64,000 bases of DNA, taken from the NCBI GenBank assembly GCA_033763555.1, contig JANRKK010000036.1, positions 2,418-66,417 on the forward strand, given 5' to 3'. The position numbers were made by a program, and so were the translations under genes. This DNA comes from Alphaproteobacteria bacterium. Lineage in GTDB: Bacteria > Pseudomonadota > Alphaproteobacteria > UBA9219. Of this stretch, positions 51,848-61,841 are shown one piece after another; the stretch's first letter is position 1; every line of letters starts with the position of its first letter. The notes beneath the pieces were generated by a model. That model had not been told where the DNA came from and searched no databases. It saw only the letters and a program-made list of their open reading frames with translations.

Positions 51848-52516
51848 TCAGGGCCATTGATAGAGAATATCCTTGGGAGGTCTGCGGGCGTTTTTCCAGT
51901 CTGCCTCAAATTGCCGTCTATAAGTTTCGGCCAAAGATGGGTTTTGCGTAATGACAACGCGGGCGGGTGAACCCCACAAAAGAACGGCGTGCTTATCGCC
52001 ATAGATATAAGACGGAACCAACCCGAAAACTTCCTTGTCAACCCAGCGGTAAATGGACGTCTCGCGGTGACCGACAAAATACACGTCGCCTTCGCAAACC
52101 AAGAGCCGCGTCTGAATGCCCTTGTGACGACCCACTTTTTCCAGATAGGCAGCGAGATGCGGCCGCGCTTTTTTGATGAATGTCTGTTCGCTGACACCCC
52201 GAACCAGAAGCTCGCCGCCTTCTTTTTCCAGCGTGGCGTAAAAATCTTCAAAAAGTCTTTGAATTGCCTGTGGCCCTTCCAGCATATCGATCTTCAGAGC
52301 CTCACGGCGATGGCGAAGGCCAGACCCCTCGGTAAATTCAATACCCGCCTCTTCCAGCGCTTTCTGAACAGCTTCAAGCGTTTTCAGACGCGGCGTTACG
52401 GCACCGCGCTCCAGATTGCCGAGCGCGGGCAGGGAAATCCCCGCCATCTTGGCCAGCATTGCCTGATCCCAATTCAGTAGCGCCCGCGCCGCCTTGATCT
52501 GTTCGATAGAGATCAT
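51848..52516 (-). CDS. XRE-family helix-turn-helix transcriptional regulator
   Basis: An N-terminal HTH (LNWDQAMLAKMAGISLPALGNLERG) and a C-terminal domain of unknown function of about 150 aa. Confidence 0.7.
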   Translation of the reverse strand: MISIEQIKAARALLNWDQAMLAKMAGISLPALGNLERGAVTPRLKTLEAVQKALEEAGIEFTEGSGLRHRREALKIDMLEGPQAIQRLFEDFYATLEKEGGELLVRGVSEQTFIKKARPHLAAYLEKVGRHKGIQTRLLVCEGDVYFVGHRETSIYRWVDKEVFGLVPSYIYGDKHAVLLWGSPARVVITQNPSLAETYRRQFEADWKNARRPPKDILYQWP

Positions 52517-52528
52517 ATCGATCTTTCA

Positions 52529-52610
52529 CCCTGTAAAGTATATTTAAAATATATCTATGCATATTTAAACATTATTTTCTAGCTGAAAATAATTTTCTCC
52601 CTGTAATGTA
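52529..52610. promoter_or_regulatory. pair of direct repeats CCCTGTAAAGTA / CCCTGTAATGTA in the XRE-SBP divergent intergenic region
   Basis: Two 12-mers (52529-52540 and 52599-52610) lie 70 nt apart in an AT-rich spacer between the divergent regulator and SBP genes; they are candidate operator sites. Confidence 0.3.
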
Positions 52611-52615
52611 GCGGT

Positions 52616-53521
52616 ATGAAATTTTTCGGGGAGATTATTATGAAAACCATCCATATTCTGTTTTTGGTTGTTTTGGTGAGCGCCGCCAGCCTTCTCTCAG
52701 CTTCTTTGGCGCGGCGAAATATGCCCATAACCGTCACGACCGCTGCCGAGCCAACCTTTGACCGCGTGATGAAAAACAAGGAACTGCGCTGCGGCTATAT
52801 CGCCTACGCCCCCAGCATCATACGCGATCCGAACACGGGCGCCTTGTCAGGTATTGTTCATGATGTCGTGGAAACGGCGGCGGCGCGACTGAAGCTGAAA
52901 GTCGTATGGGCTGAGGAAACTGCTTGGGGTCAACATCTCGAAGGTTTGAATACAGGTCGGCATGACATGCTATGCACTGCCAGTTTTGCGTTGCCGTCTG
53001 ATGCAGCGCGGGCTGAAACCATCGGGCCGCTTTATTATTCCGCTATTGGTGTCTGGGTGCGGACGGATGACAGACGATTTACAGACAATCTTGCTTCTAT
53101 TAATCACCCGCAAACCGTCATTTCAGCCATTGATGGCACGATACCAGCCATTATCGCGCAGGAACAGTTTCCCAAGGCCAAGCTGTCCTCGCATCCGCAA
53201 TTGACGGATTATTCCACCAACATGCTGGATGTCGCGCAAGGCAAGGCCGATGTGACTTTTGTCGAGAATTATTACGGCCTCGATTACCTTGCCCATAATC
53301 CGGGGACTTTAAAGAATATCGCGGCAAAGAAGCCCCTACGAGTTTTTCACGATATGCTTCTGGTGAATAAGGGCGAGTTCAAATTGCAATCCATGTTTCA
53401 GAATGTCATCGCCGAAATGCTGAATAGTGGTGAGCTCGACGCTATTATCGACCGTTACGAGCGCTATCCTGGCGCGTTGTATCGCGTGACAAGGCCGTAT
53501 ATGGTTAAAAAAGAAGGCTGA
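52616..53521 (+). CDS. orphan periplasmic solute-binding protein (ABC transporter SBP family 3, amino-acid type)
   Basis: It has a signal peptide and an SBP_bac_3-like fold pattern. No permease or ATPase genes are adjacent. GC is about 48%. The alternative start is ATG 52640. Confidence 0.7.
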   Translation: MKFFGEIIMKTIHILFLVVLVSAASLLSASLARRNMPITVTTAAEPTFDRVMKNKELRCGYIAYAPSIIRDPNTGALSGIVHDVVETAAARLKLKVVWAEETAWGQHLEGLNTGRHDMLCTASFALPSDAARAETIGPLYYSAIGVWVRTDDRRFTDNLASINHPQTVISAIDGTIPAIIAQEQFPKAKLSSHPQLTDYSTNMLDVAQGKADVTFVENYYGLDYLAHNPGTLKNIAAKKPLRVFHDMLLVNKGEFKLQSMFQNVIAEMLNSGELDAIIDRYERYPGALYRVTRPYMVKKEG

Positions 53522-53627
53522 TAAAGAATCAGTGGAATCAGACAGTTATTTTTGATTTTGTTTTTATTGATTACTTTCATAATGCAGATATAAGATGCGG
53601 ACAAGTTACTGAAAACGGAGAGATATT

Positions 53628-54140
53628 ATGAGCGACTATAGTGATCTGGTGCCATTTCAATCGGGCGATGTCATAAAATTTCAGGTTGCCGATCGTGCGC
53701 CTGCGGCAGGCAAGCCTATGCTTGGGCCAACACATGAAAAAATATATTTAATTCTCAACATTGTCGCCAAGAATGGCGACCCCTTGCCGCAACCCGTACC
53801 GCTTGAGTGCGGCCTTTACAAAAACGAGCTGCCGCGTGGAGCCAACATACAGTGGGACGGCCAACGTTTAGTCTTTGATGATCTGGATCCCGGTAAACTC
53901 TGGACGGCGACAATGAAAGACGGGATACCGCGTGTAAGGAAAGAAAACAGAGGACGATGGATTAAAGGACAATCCGGAGCTTTTATTGATGGCGCCACGC
54001 TGGTTGTAACCGACGAAGCCGCGCCCGTTCTGGAGCGACAAGAAACAAATGTTCCGGAAACCGCAGTTCCAGAACCTATTGTTCCGCAAGGTTTGCGTAT
54101 GCGCACGCGTGAAAGGCTTGCCAAAGCTCTTGGGCGTTAA
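53628..54140 (+). CDS. hypothetical protein
   Basis: 170 aa with the RBS GGAGAG; there is no recognised domain. Confidence 0.45.
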   Translation: MSDYSDLVPFQSGDVIKFQVADRAPAAGKPMLGPTHEKIYLILNIVAKNGDPLPQPVPLECGLYKNELPRGANIQWDGQRLVFDDLDPGKLWTATMKDGIPRVRKENRGRWIKGQSGAFIDGATLVVTDEAAPVLERQETNVPETAVPEPIVPQGLRMRTRERLAKALGR

Positions 54141-54146
54141 ACCAGA

Positions 54147-56963
54147 CTAATGCGCCTCGGCCCAGTTTTGGGCGTGGCCGGATTCAGCGACAATCGGCAC
54201 TTTTAAAGTCACGGATGGCTGCGGCGCGTTTTGCATCACCTCCTTGACGAGGGCGGTGGTTTTTTCGAGTTCCTTCCTCGGCACTTCAAACACCAGCTCG
54301 TCATGCACCTGCAGCAGCAGCCTTGCGCCGAGCCCGGCTTCTGCCAACGCCGGGCCGACGCGGATCATCGCGCGTTTCATGATATCGGCGGCCGTGCCTT
54401 GCAGCGGCGCGTTGATCGCCGCGCGCTCGGCCCCCATGCGGCGCATATGCATTTTATCGTTGATACTGGCGACATGCACGCGCCGCCCGAATAGAGTTTC
54501 AACATAACCGTGAGTGCGCGCGAATTCCTTGGTCGCCTCCATCCATGTGCGCAATTCATGAAAACGGTCGAGATATTGGCGGATAAATTCATTCGCTTCA
54601 CTGGAGGCGATGCCGAGCTGCTTCGCCAGACCGAAGCCGCTGATGCCGTAGATAATGCCGAAATTAATCGCCTTGGCGGCACGGCGGCGGTCCGGTGGCA
54701 AATCCTTCAGCGGAATGCCGAACACCTGGCTGGCCGTCAACGCGTGAATATCGACACCGTCATGGAAGGCCTGGATCAGCGCCTTGATATTCGCCACCTC
54801 AGCCGCCAGCCGCAATTCGATCTGCGAATAATCGACGGAGAGCAGCGTATAACCATCCTCCGCCACAAAAGCGCGGCGGATGGCGCGACCATCCTCGGTA
54901 CGGATGGGGATATTCTGCAAATTCGGGTCGGTTGACGACAGGCGTCCCGTCGCGGCGCCGACCAATGAGAACGAAGTGTGCACGCGCCCGGTTTTGGCGT
55001 CGATCTGCGCCGGTAAAGCATCCGTGTAAGTTGATTTCAATTTCGACATGCCGCGCCACTCAAGAATCTTCGCGACAATCTCATGTTCTTCCGCCAGCGG
55101 CTCCAGCACATCAACGCTGGTGGAGTAGGCGCCTGTCTTGCCCTTGCTGCCACCCGGCAAACCCATATCGCCGAACAGCACATCGCCCAGTTGCTTCGGC
55201 GAGCCAACATTAAAGGGCCGCCCGGCCAGCTTGTGGATTTCCTCTTCCAGTTTCTGCAGCCGCTTGGCGAAACCCGCGCTTTGCCCGCGCAGAATTTCGG
55301 GGTCGATGCGAATGCCTGTGCGCTCCATCGCCGCAACGACAGGCACAAGCGGTCTTTCGATACGTTCATAAACCCGCGTCACATGCTTCTGCGCGATCTG
55401 CGGCTTCAGCACATGCCAGAGGCGCAGCGCGTAATCTGTATCTTCGGCGGCATAGGCCGTGGCCCTGTCCAGCGGCACGCGGTCGAAGGTTATTTTGCTT
55501 TTGCCACTGCCCGTAACGTCGCCATAGCTGATCATTTTATGTTTGAAATGCAGCTCGGCCAGCTCATCCAGCCCATGGCCATGCAGCCCCGCGTCCAGCA
55601 CATAGGACAGCAGCATTGTGTCGTCATAGGGTGTGACATCCAGCCCATGCTGGCCTAGCACTTGCATATCGAATTTCAGATTATGCGCAATTTTCAAAAC
55701 GGATGGGTCACGCAAAAGTTCTTTCAGATTTTTGACGATCGCGGGAAAAGGAATTTGCTTCGGCGCTTTCGCATTATCAAAAGCAAACCCACCATCCGCT
55801 GGCGCAGCATCCGGGTCGATGTGATTGACGGGAATGTAACAGGCCTTGCCCGGTTCAATCGCCAGAGAAATCCCGACCAGTTTCGCCGTCGAGGCATTGA
55901 GCGAGTCGGTTTCCGTATCGATCGCCACATGCCCCTTGGCCCGCGCGGCCTCCACCCACCATTTCAGCCGTGCTTCATCCTGTACCAATTCATAATCCTG
56001 TTTGGCGTGCATGAGTTTTTCGGCAGGCGGCGGTTCGCCACTGGCCGGGACATCCTCCAGCATTTTCGCTGCCAGTTGGGTCGGCTGCGCCTCGGCGGAT
56101 TCGCCCATACGCGTCAGCAGGGAACGGAAACCCTGCGCCTGCAAAAACGCCACCAGATCCGCCTTGTGATCGGCACGGCGCTTGAGTTCCGTCAGCGGCG
56201 TCGGCATCGGCGCCTGATCGTCCAGCACCACCAGTTTCCTGGAAATCCTCGCTTTTTCAGCATTTTCGACCAGAGCTTCGCGGCGTTTCGGCTGCTTGAT
56301 GCCGCCCGCCTGTTTCAGCAGGTTTTCAAGATCACCATACTGGTTGATCAGCTCCGCCGCCGTCTTGACGCCGATGCCTGGCACGCCGGGAATATTGTCG
56401 GTGCTGTCGCCCGCCAGCGCCTGCACATCCACCACCTTGTCCGGCGTGACGCCGAATTTCTTCATCACCTCATCCGCACCGATGGAGATGGATTTCAGCG
56501 GATCGAACATTTCCACGCCCGGACGGATCAGCTGCATCAAATCCTTGTCGCTGGAGACGATACGCACGGGCCATTTCTTCTCATGCGCCGCGCGGGCATA
56601 GGCGGCGATGAGATCATCGGCTTCGTAATTCGCGGCTTCGATGGAAGGCAGGCCAAAAGCGCGCGTTGCGTCACGGATAAGGGCGAATTGCGGCACCAGT
56701 TCGGGCGGCGGCGGCGGGCGGTGCGCTTTGTACTCGGGATAAATCTCGTTGCGGAAATTCTTGCGCGCGGAATCAAAAATCACGGCGATATGCTCGGCCT
56801 TCAACTCAGCCAGCAGCTTGTGCAGCATGTTGCAGAAGCCGTAGACGGCATTCACATGCACGCCGTCGGCCCGCGTCATGTCCGGCAGTGCGTGAAAGGC
56901 CCGGAAAATAAAGCCGGAACCATCGATGAGATAAAGCATATCAGGGGCAGGACGGGCGTTCAT
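54147..56963 (-). CDS. polA: DNA polymerase I
   Basis: 938 aa with a 5'-3' exonuclease domain, a 3'-5' exonuclease domain and pol motifs (DYSQIELR, KAINFGIIYG, QVHDELVFE). Confidence 0.95.
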   Translation of the reverse strand: MNARPAPDMLYLIDGSGFIFRAFHALPDMTRADGVHVNAVYGFCNMLHKLLAELKAEHIAVIFDSARKNFRNEIYPEYKAHRPPPPPELVPQFALIRDATRAFGLPSIEAANYEADDLIAAYARAAHEKKWPVRIVSSDKDLMQLIRPGVEMFDPLKSISIGADEVMKKFGVTPDKVVDVQALAGDSTDNIPGVPGIGVKTAAELINQYGDLENLLKQAGGIKQPKRREALVENAEKARISRKLVVLDDQAPMPTPLTELKRRADHKADLVAFLQAQGFRSLLTRMGESAEAQPTQLAAKMLEDVPASGEPPPAEKLMHAKQDYELVQDEARLKWWVEAARAKGHVAIDTETDSLNASTAKLVGISLAIEPGKACYIPVNHIDPDAAPADGGFAFDNAKAPKQIPFPAIVKNLKELLRDPSVLKIAHNLKFDMQVLGQHGLDVTPYDDTMLLSYVLDAGLHGHGLDELAELHFKHKMISYGDVTGSGKSKITFDRVPLDRATAYAAEDTDYALRLWHVLKPQIAQKHVTRVYERIERPLVPVVAAMERTGIRIDPEILRGQSAGFAKRLQKLEEEIHKLAGRPFNVGSPKQLGDVLFGDMGLPGGSKGKTGAYSTSVDVLEPLAEEHEIVAKILEWRGMSKLKSTYTDALPAQIDAKTGRVHTSFSLVGAATGRLSSTDPNLQNIPIRTEDGRAIRRAFVAEDGYTLLSVDYSQIELRLAAEVANIKALIQAFHDGVDIHALTASQVFGIPLKDLPPDRRRAAKAINFGIIYGISGFGLAKQLGIASSEANEFIRQYLDRFHELRTWMEATKEFARTHGYVETLFGRRVHVASINDKMHMRRMGAERAAINAPLQGTAADIMKRAMIRVGPALAEAGLGARLLLQVHDELVFEVPRKELEKTTALVKEVMQNAPQPSVTLKVPIVAESGHAQNWAEAH

Positions 56964-56973
56964 GCCCTCTTTA

Positions 56974-58272
56974 CTACTGCGGCGGCCACGCCCTTACAAG
57001 CCGCGCATAAGCCGGGGAATTCTCGCTGATCAGCGAAGGAACAAGCGTCAGATTTTCACCCCGCCATAACGCCGGAAGACTGGCGCGGGCGCGACCCTGC
57101 GAGATACGTTGCCGCAACCCAGGCGCAAGCCTGTCCAAAGCCTCATGTGGCGGATTGCCGAGGGGACGAAGGGTGAAAACGCCTTTCTCTTGAAGTGTAA
57201 TTTTCCAGCGCCCGTCCCAGATCACCTCTTCGTCCGCCTGAATCTCCGGTACATCGGTGATGGCGGCATATTCGCGCACCAAGGTGATTTCGGATGAAGT
57301 CCGGCTGATAAGGCAGCCATGAAGCGTCGAGGGAGTCATATCCTCCGTGCCAAGCGCCTCGATCAACCGCACCAGTGATGCATATTCCGGCGCATAATCC
57401 TGCGCGTTGATGTCCTGCAGACAGGTGATTAGGGCGCGTTGCGCAATGGCGGCTGGAAGCGCGTGAAATTTGTCAAACGCGATGCGGATAGTGCCCGCGG
57501 CATCGCGGTGCGTGGCTTCCTGCAGAAAAAGCCTTGTGTAGTGATCGAGCGTATCTTTGGCTTCTGCAGCACGCGCGCCAAGATCACTCAGTCTTTCGAC
57601 AGTCAATCCTTCTTCCGCCAACAGGGGCAGAATGCGCCGCAAGCGGCCGCGTGCGAATTTTTCCGATCGGTTGGCAGGATCCTTGATGAAGGGAAGGCGC
57701 GCAGCATGACAAGTCGCCGCCAGCCTTTCGCGCGGTACACTCAGCAAAGGCCGCAACAAACGAATGCCATCTTTCATGGTCACGGCGCGCATGCCCGCCA
57801 ATCCATCGACGCCGCTGCCTTTGGCAAGGCGCATCAGGATGGTTTCTGCCTGATCCTCGCGCTGATGCCCGAGCAGAAGATCACCCACACGGTTGCGTGC
57901 GCAGGCTTCCGCCAACAAACGGTAGCGCGCCCTGCGCGCCGTAATGTGCAGTCGCGCGATGATTGGCGGATGTTCCCAACACAGAATTTCGGACGAAATG
58001 CCAATGGCTTTCAGCCGCGTCCGGGTTTCCTCAGCCTCGTACGCCGATTCCGGCCGCAAACCATGATCAACAATAAAGGCCATCAGTTCCGCCTGATGCG
58101 CATCGGCCCAGCGTTTTGCGCAAAAGGCCAGCGCCATGCTGTCCGGCCCGCCGGAAACGGCGATACCCAGACGCTGCGCGGGCGCCAGCGGCTTCATCCA
58201 TGCGGCAAATTCTTCGGCGGTAATCGCTTCAGCGGACGGCGCGAAAGTCTCAACTTTTACTGCGCGGCGCAT
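56974..58272 (-). CDS. tilS: tRNA(Ile)-lysidine synthase
   Basis: A PP-loop SGGPDSMAL at the N-terminus. Confidence 0.85.
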   Translation of the reverse strand: MRRAVKVETFAPSAEAITAEEFAAWMKPLAPAQRLGIAVSGGPDSMALAFCAKRWADAHQAELMAFIVDHGLRPESAYEAEETRTRLKAIGISSEILCWEHPPIIARLHITARRARYRLLAEACARNRVGDLLLGHQREDQAETILMRLAKGSGVDGLAGMRAVTMKDGIRLLRPLLSVPRERLAATCHAARLPFIKDPANRSEKFARGRLRRILPLLAEEGLTVERLSDLGARAAEAKDTLDHYTRLFLQEATHRDAAGTIRIAFDKFHALPAAIAQRALITCLQDINAQDYAPEYASLVRLIEALGTEDMTPSTLHGCLISRTSSEITLVREYAAITDVPEIQADEEVIWDGRWKITLQEKGVFTLRPLGNPPHEALDRLAPGLRQRISQGRARASLPALWRGENLTLVPSLISENSPAYARLVRAWPPQ

Positions 58273-59114
58273 TTGAGTTTCGTGCGCTCTTCATTCGCGC
58301 GGGCGCGAAGAGTCGGCGAGGCATTGGGATATTTGGACTTCAGCTCGCCCAACGCGACACAGGCATCTTTCGTCTTATCAAGCCCGCCCAGCGACATCGC
58401 CAGCTTCAAAAGACTGTCAGCCGCCTTGCTGCCTTGCGGATTTTGCTGCCAGGCATCGGCAAAAGCGGGTGCGGATGCATCAAACTTGCCGCGCACATAA
58501 AGTGTTTCCGCGTACCAGTATTTGGCGTTGTCGACGAGTTTATCCTTCGGGTTTTTGTCGATGAAGGTCTTGAAGGCTTTTTCCGCGTCATCATAATTCG
58601 CCTGCCGTAACAGGCCGAAGGCGCGGTCATATTGTTCCTGCACCGTCAGGCCGTAATCCGGCGGCGTTGCCGGAAGCGGTGTGGCTTTCGGATTGTTGAA
58701 GCCGCCCGTGACTTTGCCGTTCTGTATCTTGAGCGCACCGAGACTGCCCTTCGCTTCAGCCGGAGGCACGGCCGCGCCGCCAATGGCCTGAGGCGCCTCA
58801 CCCGGCGGAGCTGCCGATGCGGCAGGTGGCGGTGGCGCAGAGGGCGTAGCCGCCGGAGGCGGTGCGGATTCCAGTTTCGTCAGGCGCGCATCCATATCGC
58901 CCTGTAGGCGCTGCAGCCCCTGATCGATACGGCGGATGGAAAATTCCATCTGCTCCAGCTTGCCGTTCAAGCCGCGCATTTCATTTTCCAAACCGGACAG
59001 CCGGGTTTCATAATTGGTTCCAGTGCCGGGCACTTGTGCCATCACCGGCATTGCGGCCAGAAGGGCCAGAACAACCGCGGCTAAAAATGTCCGAAACGAA
59101 AACACAGATGTCAT
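58257..59114 (-). CDS. ybgF: Tol-Pal system protein YbgF/CpoB
   Basis: A signal peptide, a coiled-coil (LSGLENEMRGLNGKLEQMEFSIRRIDQGLQRLQGDM), and C-terminal TPR repeats. Confidence 0.8.
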   Translation of the reverse strand: MTSVFSFRTFLAAVVLALLAAMPVMAQVPGTGTNYETRLSGLENEMRGLNGKLEQMEFSIRRIDQGLQRLQGDMDARLTKLESAPPPAATPSAPPPPAASAAPPGEAPQAIGGAAVPPAEAKGSLGALKIQNGKVTGGFNNPKATPLPATPPDYGLTVQEQYDRAFGLLRQANYDDAEKAFKTFIDKNPKDKLVDNAKYWYAETLYVRGKFDASAPAFADAWQQNPQGSKAADSLLKLAMSLGGLDKTKDACVALGELKSKYPNASPTLRARANEERTKLKCAAQ

Positions 59115-59193
59115 GGTGCGCTCATGGGGCAGGGGCGTAGGAACCGCTATTATGCCCTGAAAAACGCCAAAAGAAAGGCTGTCGATAACGGGC

Positions 59194-59751
59194 CTAAGGT
59201 ACCGGAATAAAGGATGCGGTGATGTGATTGAGGCGGCTGCTTAGCACAGGTGGCATGCCAATTCCCCATTCCCTCAAAAGCGGAATAGTCTTGGCGATCG
59301 CCTCCTTGGCCGTTTCCTTCATATCCTGAGCGGCTAAAGGCGTTTCTGTGACATCGGCTAACATCCCCATGATTTGGGGTATCGAATGTTTATGCCGAAA
59401 TTCTTTGGCTTCGCCTCGCAGGGAAGCCTCCCATGTGTTTAAAACTTTCTCCAGAAGCTCCGGATGAATGCCGCTCCCGTCAAAAGTTCTTACACTTCCT
59501 TCGTTTTTAATTGTTTCAGGCTGAATAAGAATTACCACGGTTTGTTGCGTATGGACCGGGTCTTCCGGCATTTCTGCGGCGGGAGCAATGAGAATGCCGT
59601 AATCTAAAAGATCTCTTTCCACTTTTGCCCGCAGATAGGGATGCCTTGCTAAGTTTTCTAGAATATTGTCCATGAGCCAGTAATTATTGCGTTTTAAAAT
59701 TTCTTCCTTGGCTACTTTCCACTCTGCAAACTTAACCAATGCTCTGATCAT
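59194..59751 (-). CDS. hypothetical protein (low-GC insertion between ybgF and pal)
   Basis: 185 aa with the SD AGGAGA. GC is about 45%. There is no recognised domain. Confidence 0.55.
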   Translation of the reverse strand: MIRALVKFAEWKVAKEEILKRNNYWLMDNILENLARHPYLRAKVERDLLDYGILIAPAAEMPEDPVHTQQTVVILIQPETIKNEGSVRTFDGSGIHPELLEKVLNTWEASLRGEAKEFRHKHSIPQIMGMLADVTETPLAAQDMKETAKEAIAKTIPLLREWGIGMPPVLSSRLNHITASFIPVP

Positions 59752-59842
59752 AATTTTCTCCTACCGATTCAATATATCCCGCTGTTATTAAGGCGCGCTC
59801 TTTAGGCCGTGTCAATTAAGCCGCGCAGGCGTTTTTCCAAAC

Positions 59843-59876
59843 AAAAAGGCCGCAGCCTTGCGGCTGCGGCCTTTGT
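59843..59876. terminator. intrinsic (rho-independent) terminator hairpin, bidirectional
   Basis: AAAAA-GGCCGCAGCC-TTGC-GGCTGCGGCC-TTTGT has a 10-bp perfect GC-rich stem flanked by A and T tracts, immediately downstream of pal on the minus strand. Confidence 0.6.
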
Positions 59877-59895
59877 ATCAACACTTAACCAGCGG

Positions 59896-60384
59896 TTACT
59901 GGGTAACGACAGTCACGCCGCGGCGGTTTTGCGCCCAGCTGGCTTCGTTGCTGCCCAGAACAGCGGGGCGTTCCTTGCCGTAGCTGACGGTCCGGACGCG
60001 TCCGGCGCTGATGCCGTCGGCAACCAGATAGTTCTTCACGGCGGTGGCGCGGCGTTCGCCGAGCGCCAGGTTGTACTCACGCGTGCCGCGTTCGTCACAA
60101 TGGCCTTCGATCGTTACGTTGATCGAACCGTACTTCTTCAACCAGGCAGCCTGGCGATCCAGGGTCGCGCGGGCTTCCGGCTTCAGGTCGGAATCATTGA
60201 AGTCGAAGAAAACACGGTCGCCAACATTGACCACCAGATCTTCCTGCGTGCCAGGCTTGGCAGCGCCCATACGGCCATTGGCGCCACTGCCGCCTGCGCC
60301 GCCCATGCCGTCATCGGTTCCGGTCGTGTCGCACGCTGCGACGAGAACGAGTGCCGCTGCGAGGCACAAAAATTTCTTGAACAT
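59896..60384 (-). CDS. pal: peptidoglycan-associated lipoprotein Pal
   Basis: The lipobox LVAAC, the OmpA-like C-domain (NVTIEGHCDERGTREYNLALGERRA), and the SD GGGGGAA. Confidence 0.9.
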   Translation of the reverse strand: MFKKFLCLAAALVLVAACDTTGTDDGMGGAGGSGANGRMGAAKPGTQEDLVVNVGDRVFFDFNDSDLKPEARATLDRQAAWLKKYGSINVTIEGHCDERGTREYNLALGERRATAVKNYLVADGISAGRVRTVSYGKERPAVLGSNEASWAQNRRGVTVVTQ

Positions 60385-60600
60385 GGTTTCCCCCTTGCGT
60401 GAACCTCGGGGATGTGGACGGCGGATGCCGCGCCCTAGCCGAGATCAGTTAACAGATGTTGTAACGGAAATTAGCCAGCGTAACGTAGTGAATCAACCCC
60501 GATCTTTGTAAAGATTAACAAAAGGTTAGATGGGAGTGACATGATTGCAACGCTAAATCCCTTGCAACCCTTCGCAGCCATAAAGTTGCCATAAAATTTT

Positions 60601-60990
60601 TCAGGAAACGGGCTTCACCGAAAAACGGACCGTCGTGATTTTTTCCTTGGCGCTGGTATCGATGCGAAGGCGTTCGCCTTCGCGCTCCCATGTGTGCTTG
60701 TCGATATTTTTCCAACCCAGAGGCGGCAGGCTGCGGCGGTAAAAAGCATACACCGCATCAATGGCGACGGGCCCGGCGGCTTCCGTCATGGCGATGCGCC
60801 CCGCTTGCGGCGCGCTGAACAGCACATCCTGCCCTTCCACAAGCTTGAGGCCCGGCATCAAGGGAAGATCATCAATCACCTCGGCGAATTCCGGCGCATG
60901 CGCGGCCGGAGCCTGGTTCATCACCGCGGCATGCAACGGTACAGCCGCCAGCGCGGCAATCAGGGCGAAAAAGGGCAAAAATCGGTTCAT
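60601..60990 (-). CDS. hypothetical secreted protein
   Basis: 129 aa with the signal peptide MNRFLPFFALIAALAAVPLHA. Confidence 0.5.
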   Translation of the reverse strand: MNRFLPFFALIAALAAVPLHAAVMNQAPAAHAPEFAEVIDDLPLMPGLKLVEGQDVLFSAPQAGRIAMTEAAGPVAIDAVYAFYRRSLPPLGWKNIDKHTWEREGERLRIDTSAKEKITTVRFSVKPVS

Positions 60991-61102
60991 AAACCAAGGT
61001 TAAAGCATGCCGGGCTTGGCCGCACAAGATTACGCTGGAAGATTTGACTCCTGAGCTTCAAGCCCCTATAAACACGCGGTTTTTCGATAATGAGGGCCGA
61101 CA

Positions 61103-61237
61103 ATGAAACGTACTTTCCAACCCAGCAAGCTCGTGCGCAAACGCCGCCATGGTTTCCGCGCGCGCATGAAGACCGTAGGCGGCCGCAAAGTTCTGGCCCG
61201 TCGCCGCGCCCAGGGCCGCAAGCGGCTTTCGGCTTGA
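61103..61237 (+). CDS. rpmH: 50S ribosomal protein L34
   Basis: [44 protein letters not shown] is a near-universal L34 sequence. It was missed by the ORF track because it is below the 60-aa cutoff. Confidence 0.9.
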   Translation: MKRTFQPSKLVRKRRHGFRARMKTVGGRKVLARRRAQGRKRLSA

Positions 61238-61593
61238 GCGCTAAAAAAATACCGCTGATCGTTCTCCGTAAAAGAGCTGAATTTCTTGCTGTTGCCCAGA
61301 CGGGCCGCAAATGGGTCGCGCCCGGCCTGATCCTGCAAATGGGGGTTCCCGCTGCGTCTGGCCAATTACGCTACGGCCTGACCGCCAGCCGTAAAATCGG
61401 CAATGCCGTGACGCGCAATCGCGCCCGCCGCCGCCTGCGCGCGCTGGCGCAAGAAGTTCTGCCCCCGCATGCCGCGCCCAATGACTATGTTCTGATCGCA
61501 CGCGCAACATCGCCTTCGCGCGATTTCGACGCGCTGAGAAAAGATCTGATGATCAGCCTGCAGAAACTGGGGGCATGGCGGGATGCGGCGTGA
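61234..61593 (+). CDS. rnpA: ribonuclease P protein component
   Basis: RKRAEFLAV...[11 protein letters not shown] is the RnpA motif. The putative TTG start overlaps the rpmH stop, and the exact start is uncertain. Confidence 0.75.
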   Translation: MSAKKIPLIVLRKRAEFLAVAQTGRKWVAPGLILQMGVPAASGQLRYGLTASRKIGNAVTRNRARRRLRALAQEVLPPHAAPNDYVLIARATSPSRDFDALRKDLMISLQKLGAWRDAA

Positions 61594-61819
61594 TTTTTCC
61601 CTGTTCGGTTTGTTCTTGCGCAGCCTGATCTGGCTTTACCGCCATAGTCTTTCCTATTTCCTTGGCCGCCAGTGCCGCTTCATGCCGACCTGTTCGGAAT
61701 ATGCCGACGAAGCCATCCGCCTTCACGGCCCCGTCAAAGGGACAGGTCTGGCGCTGCGCCGCCTGGGGCGCTGCCATCCCTGGGGCGACAGCGGATTTGA
61801 CCCTGTTCAAGGCCGCTAA
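61583..61819 (+). CDS. yidD: membrane protein insertion efficiency factor YidD
   Basis: YRHSLSYFLGRQCRFMPTCSEYADEAIRLHG is a YidD signature. Confidence 0.85.
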   Translation: MRRDFSLFGLFLRSLIWLYRHSLSYFLGRQCRFMPTCSEYADEAIRLHGPVKGTGLALRRLGRCHPWGDSGFDPVQGR

Positions 61820-61841
61820 ATCCTGCTACCTCGCTCCCGAC

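Noticed and set aside
55662-57029. 455-aa plus-strand ORF
   Set aside because: It is antisense to polA.
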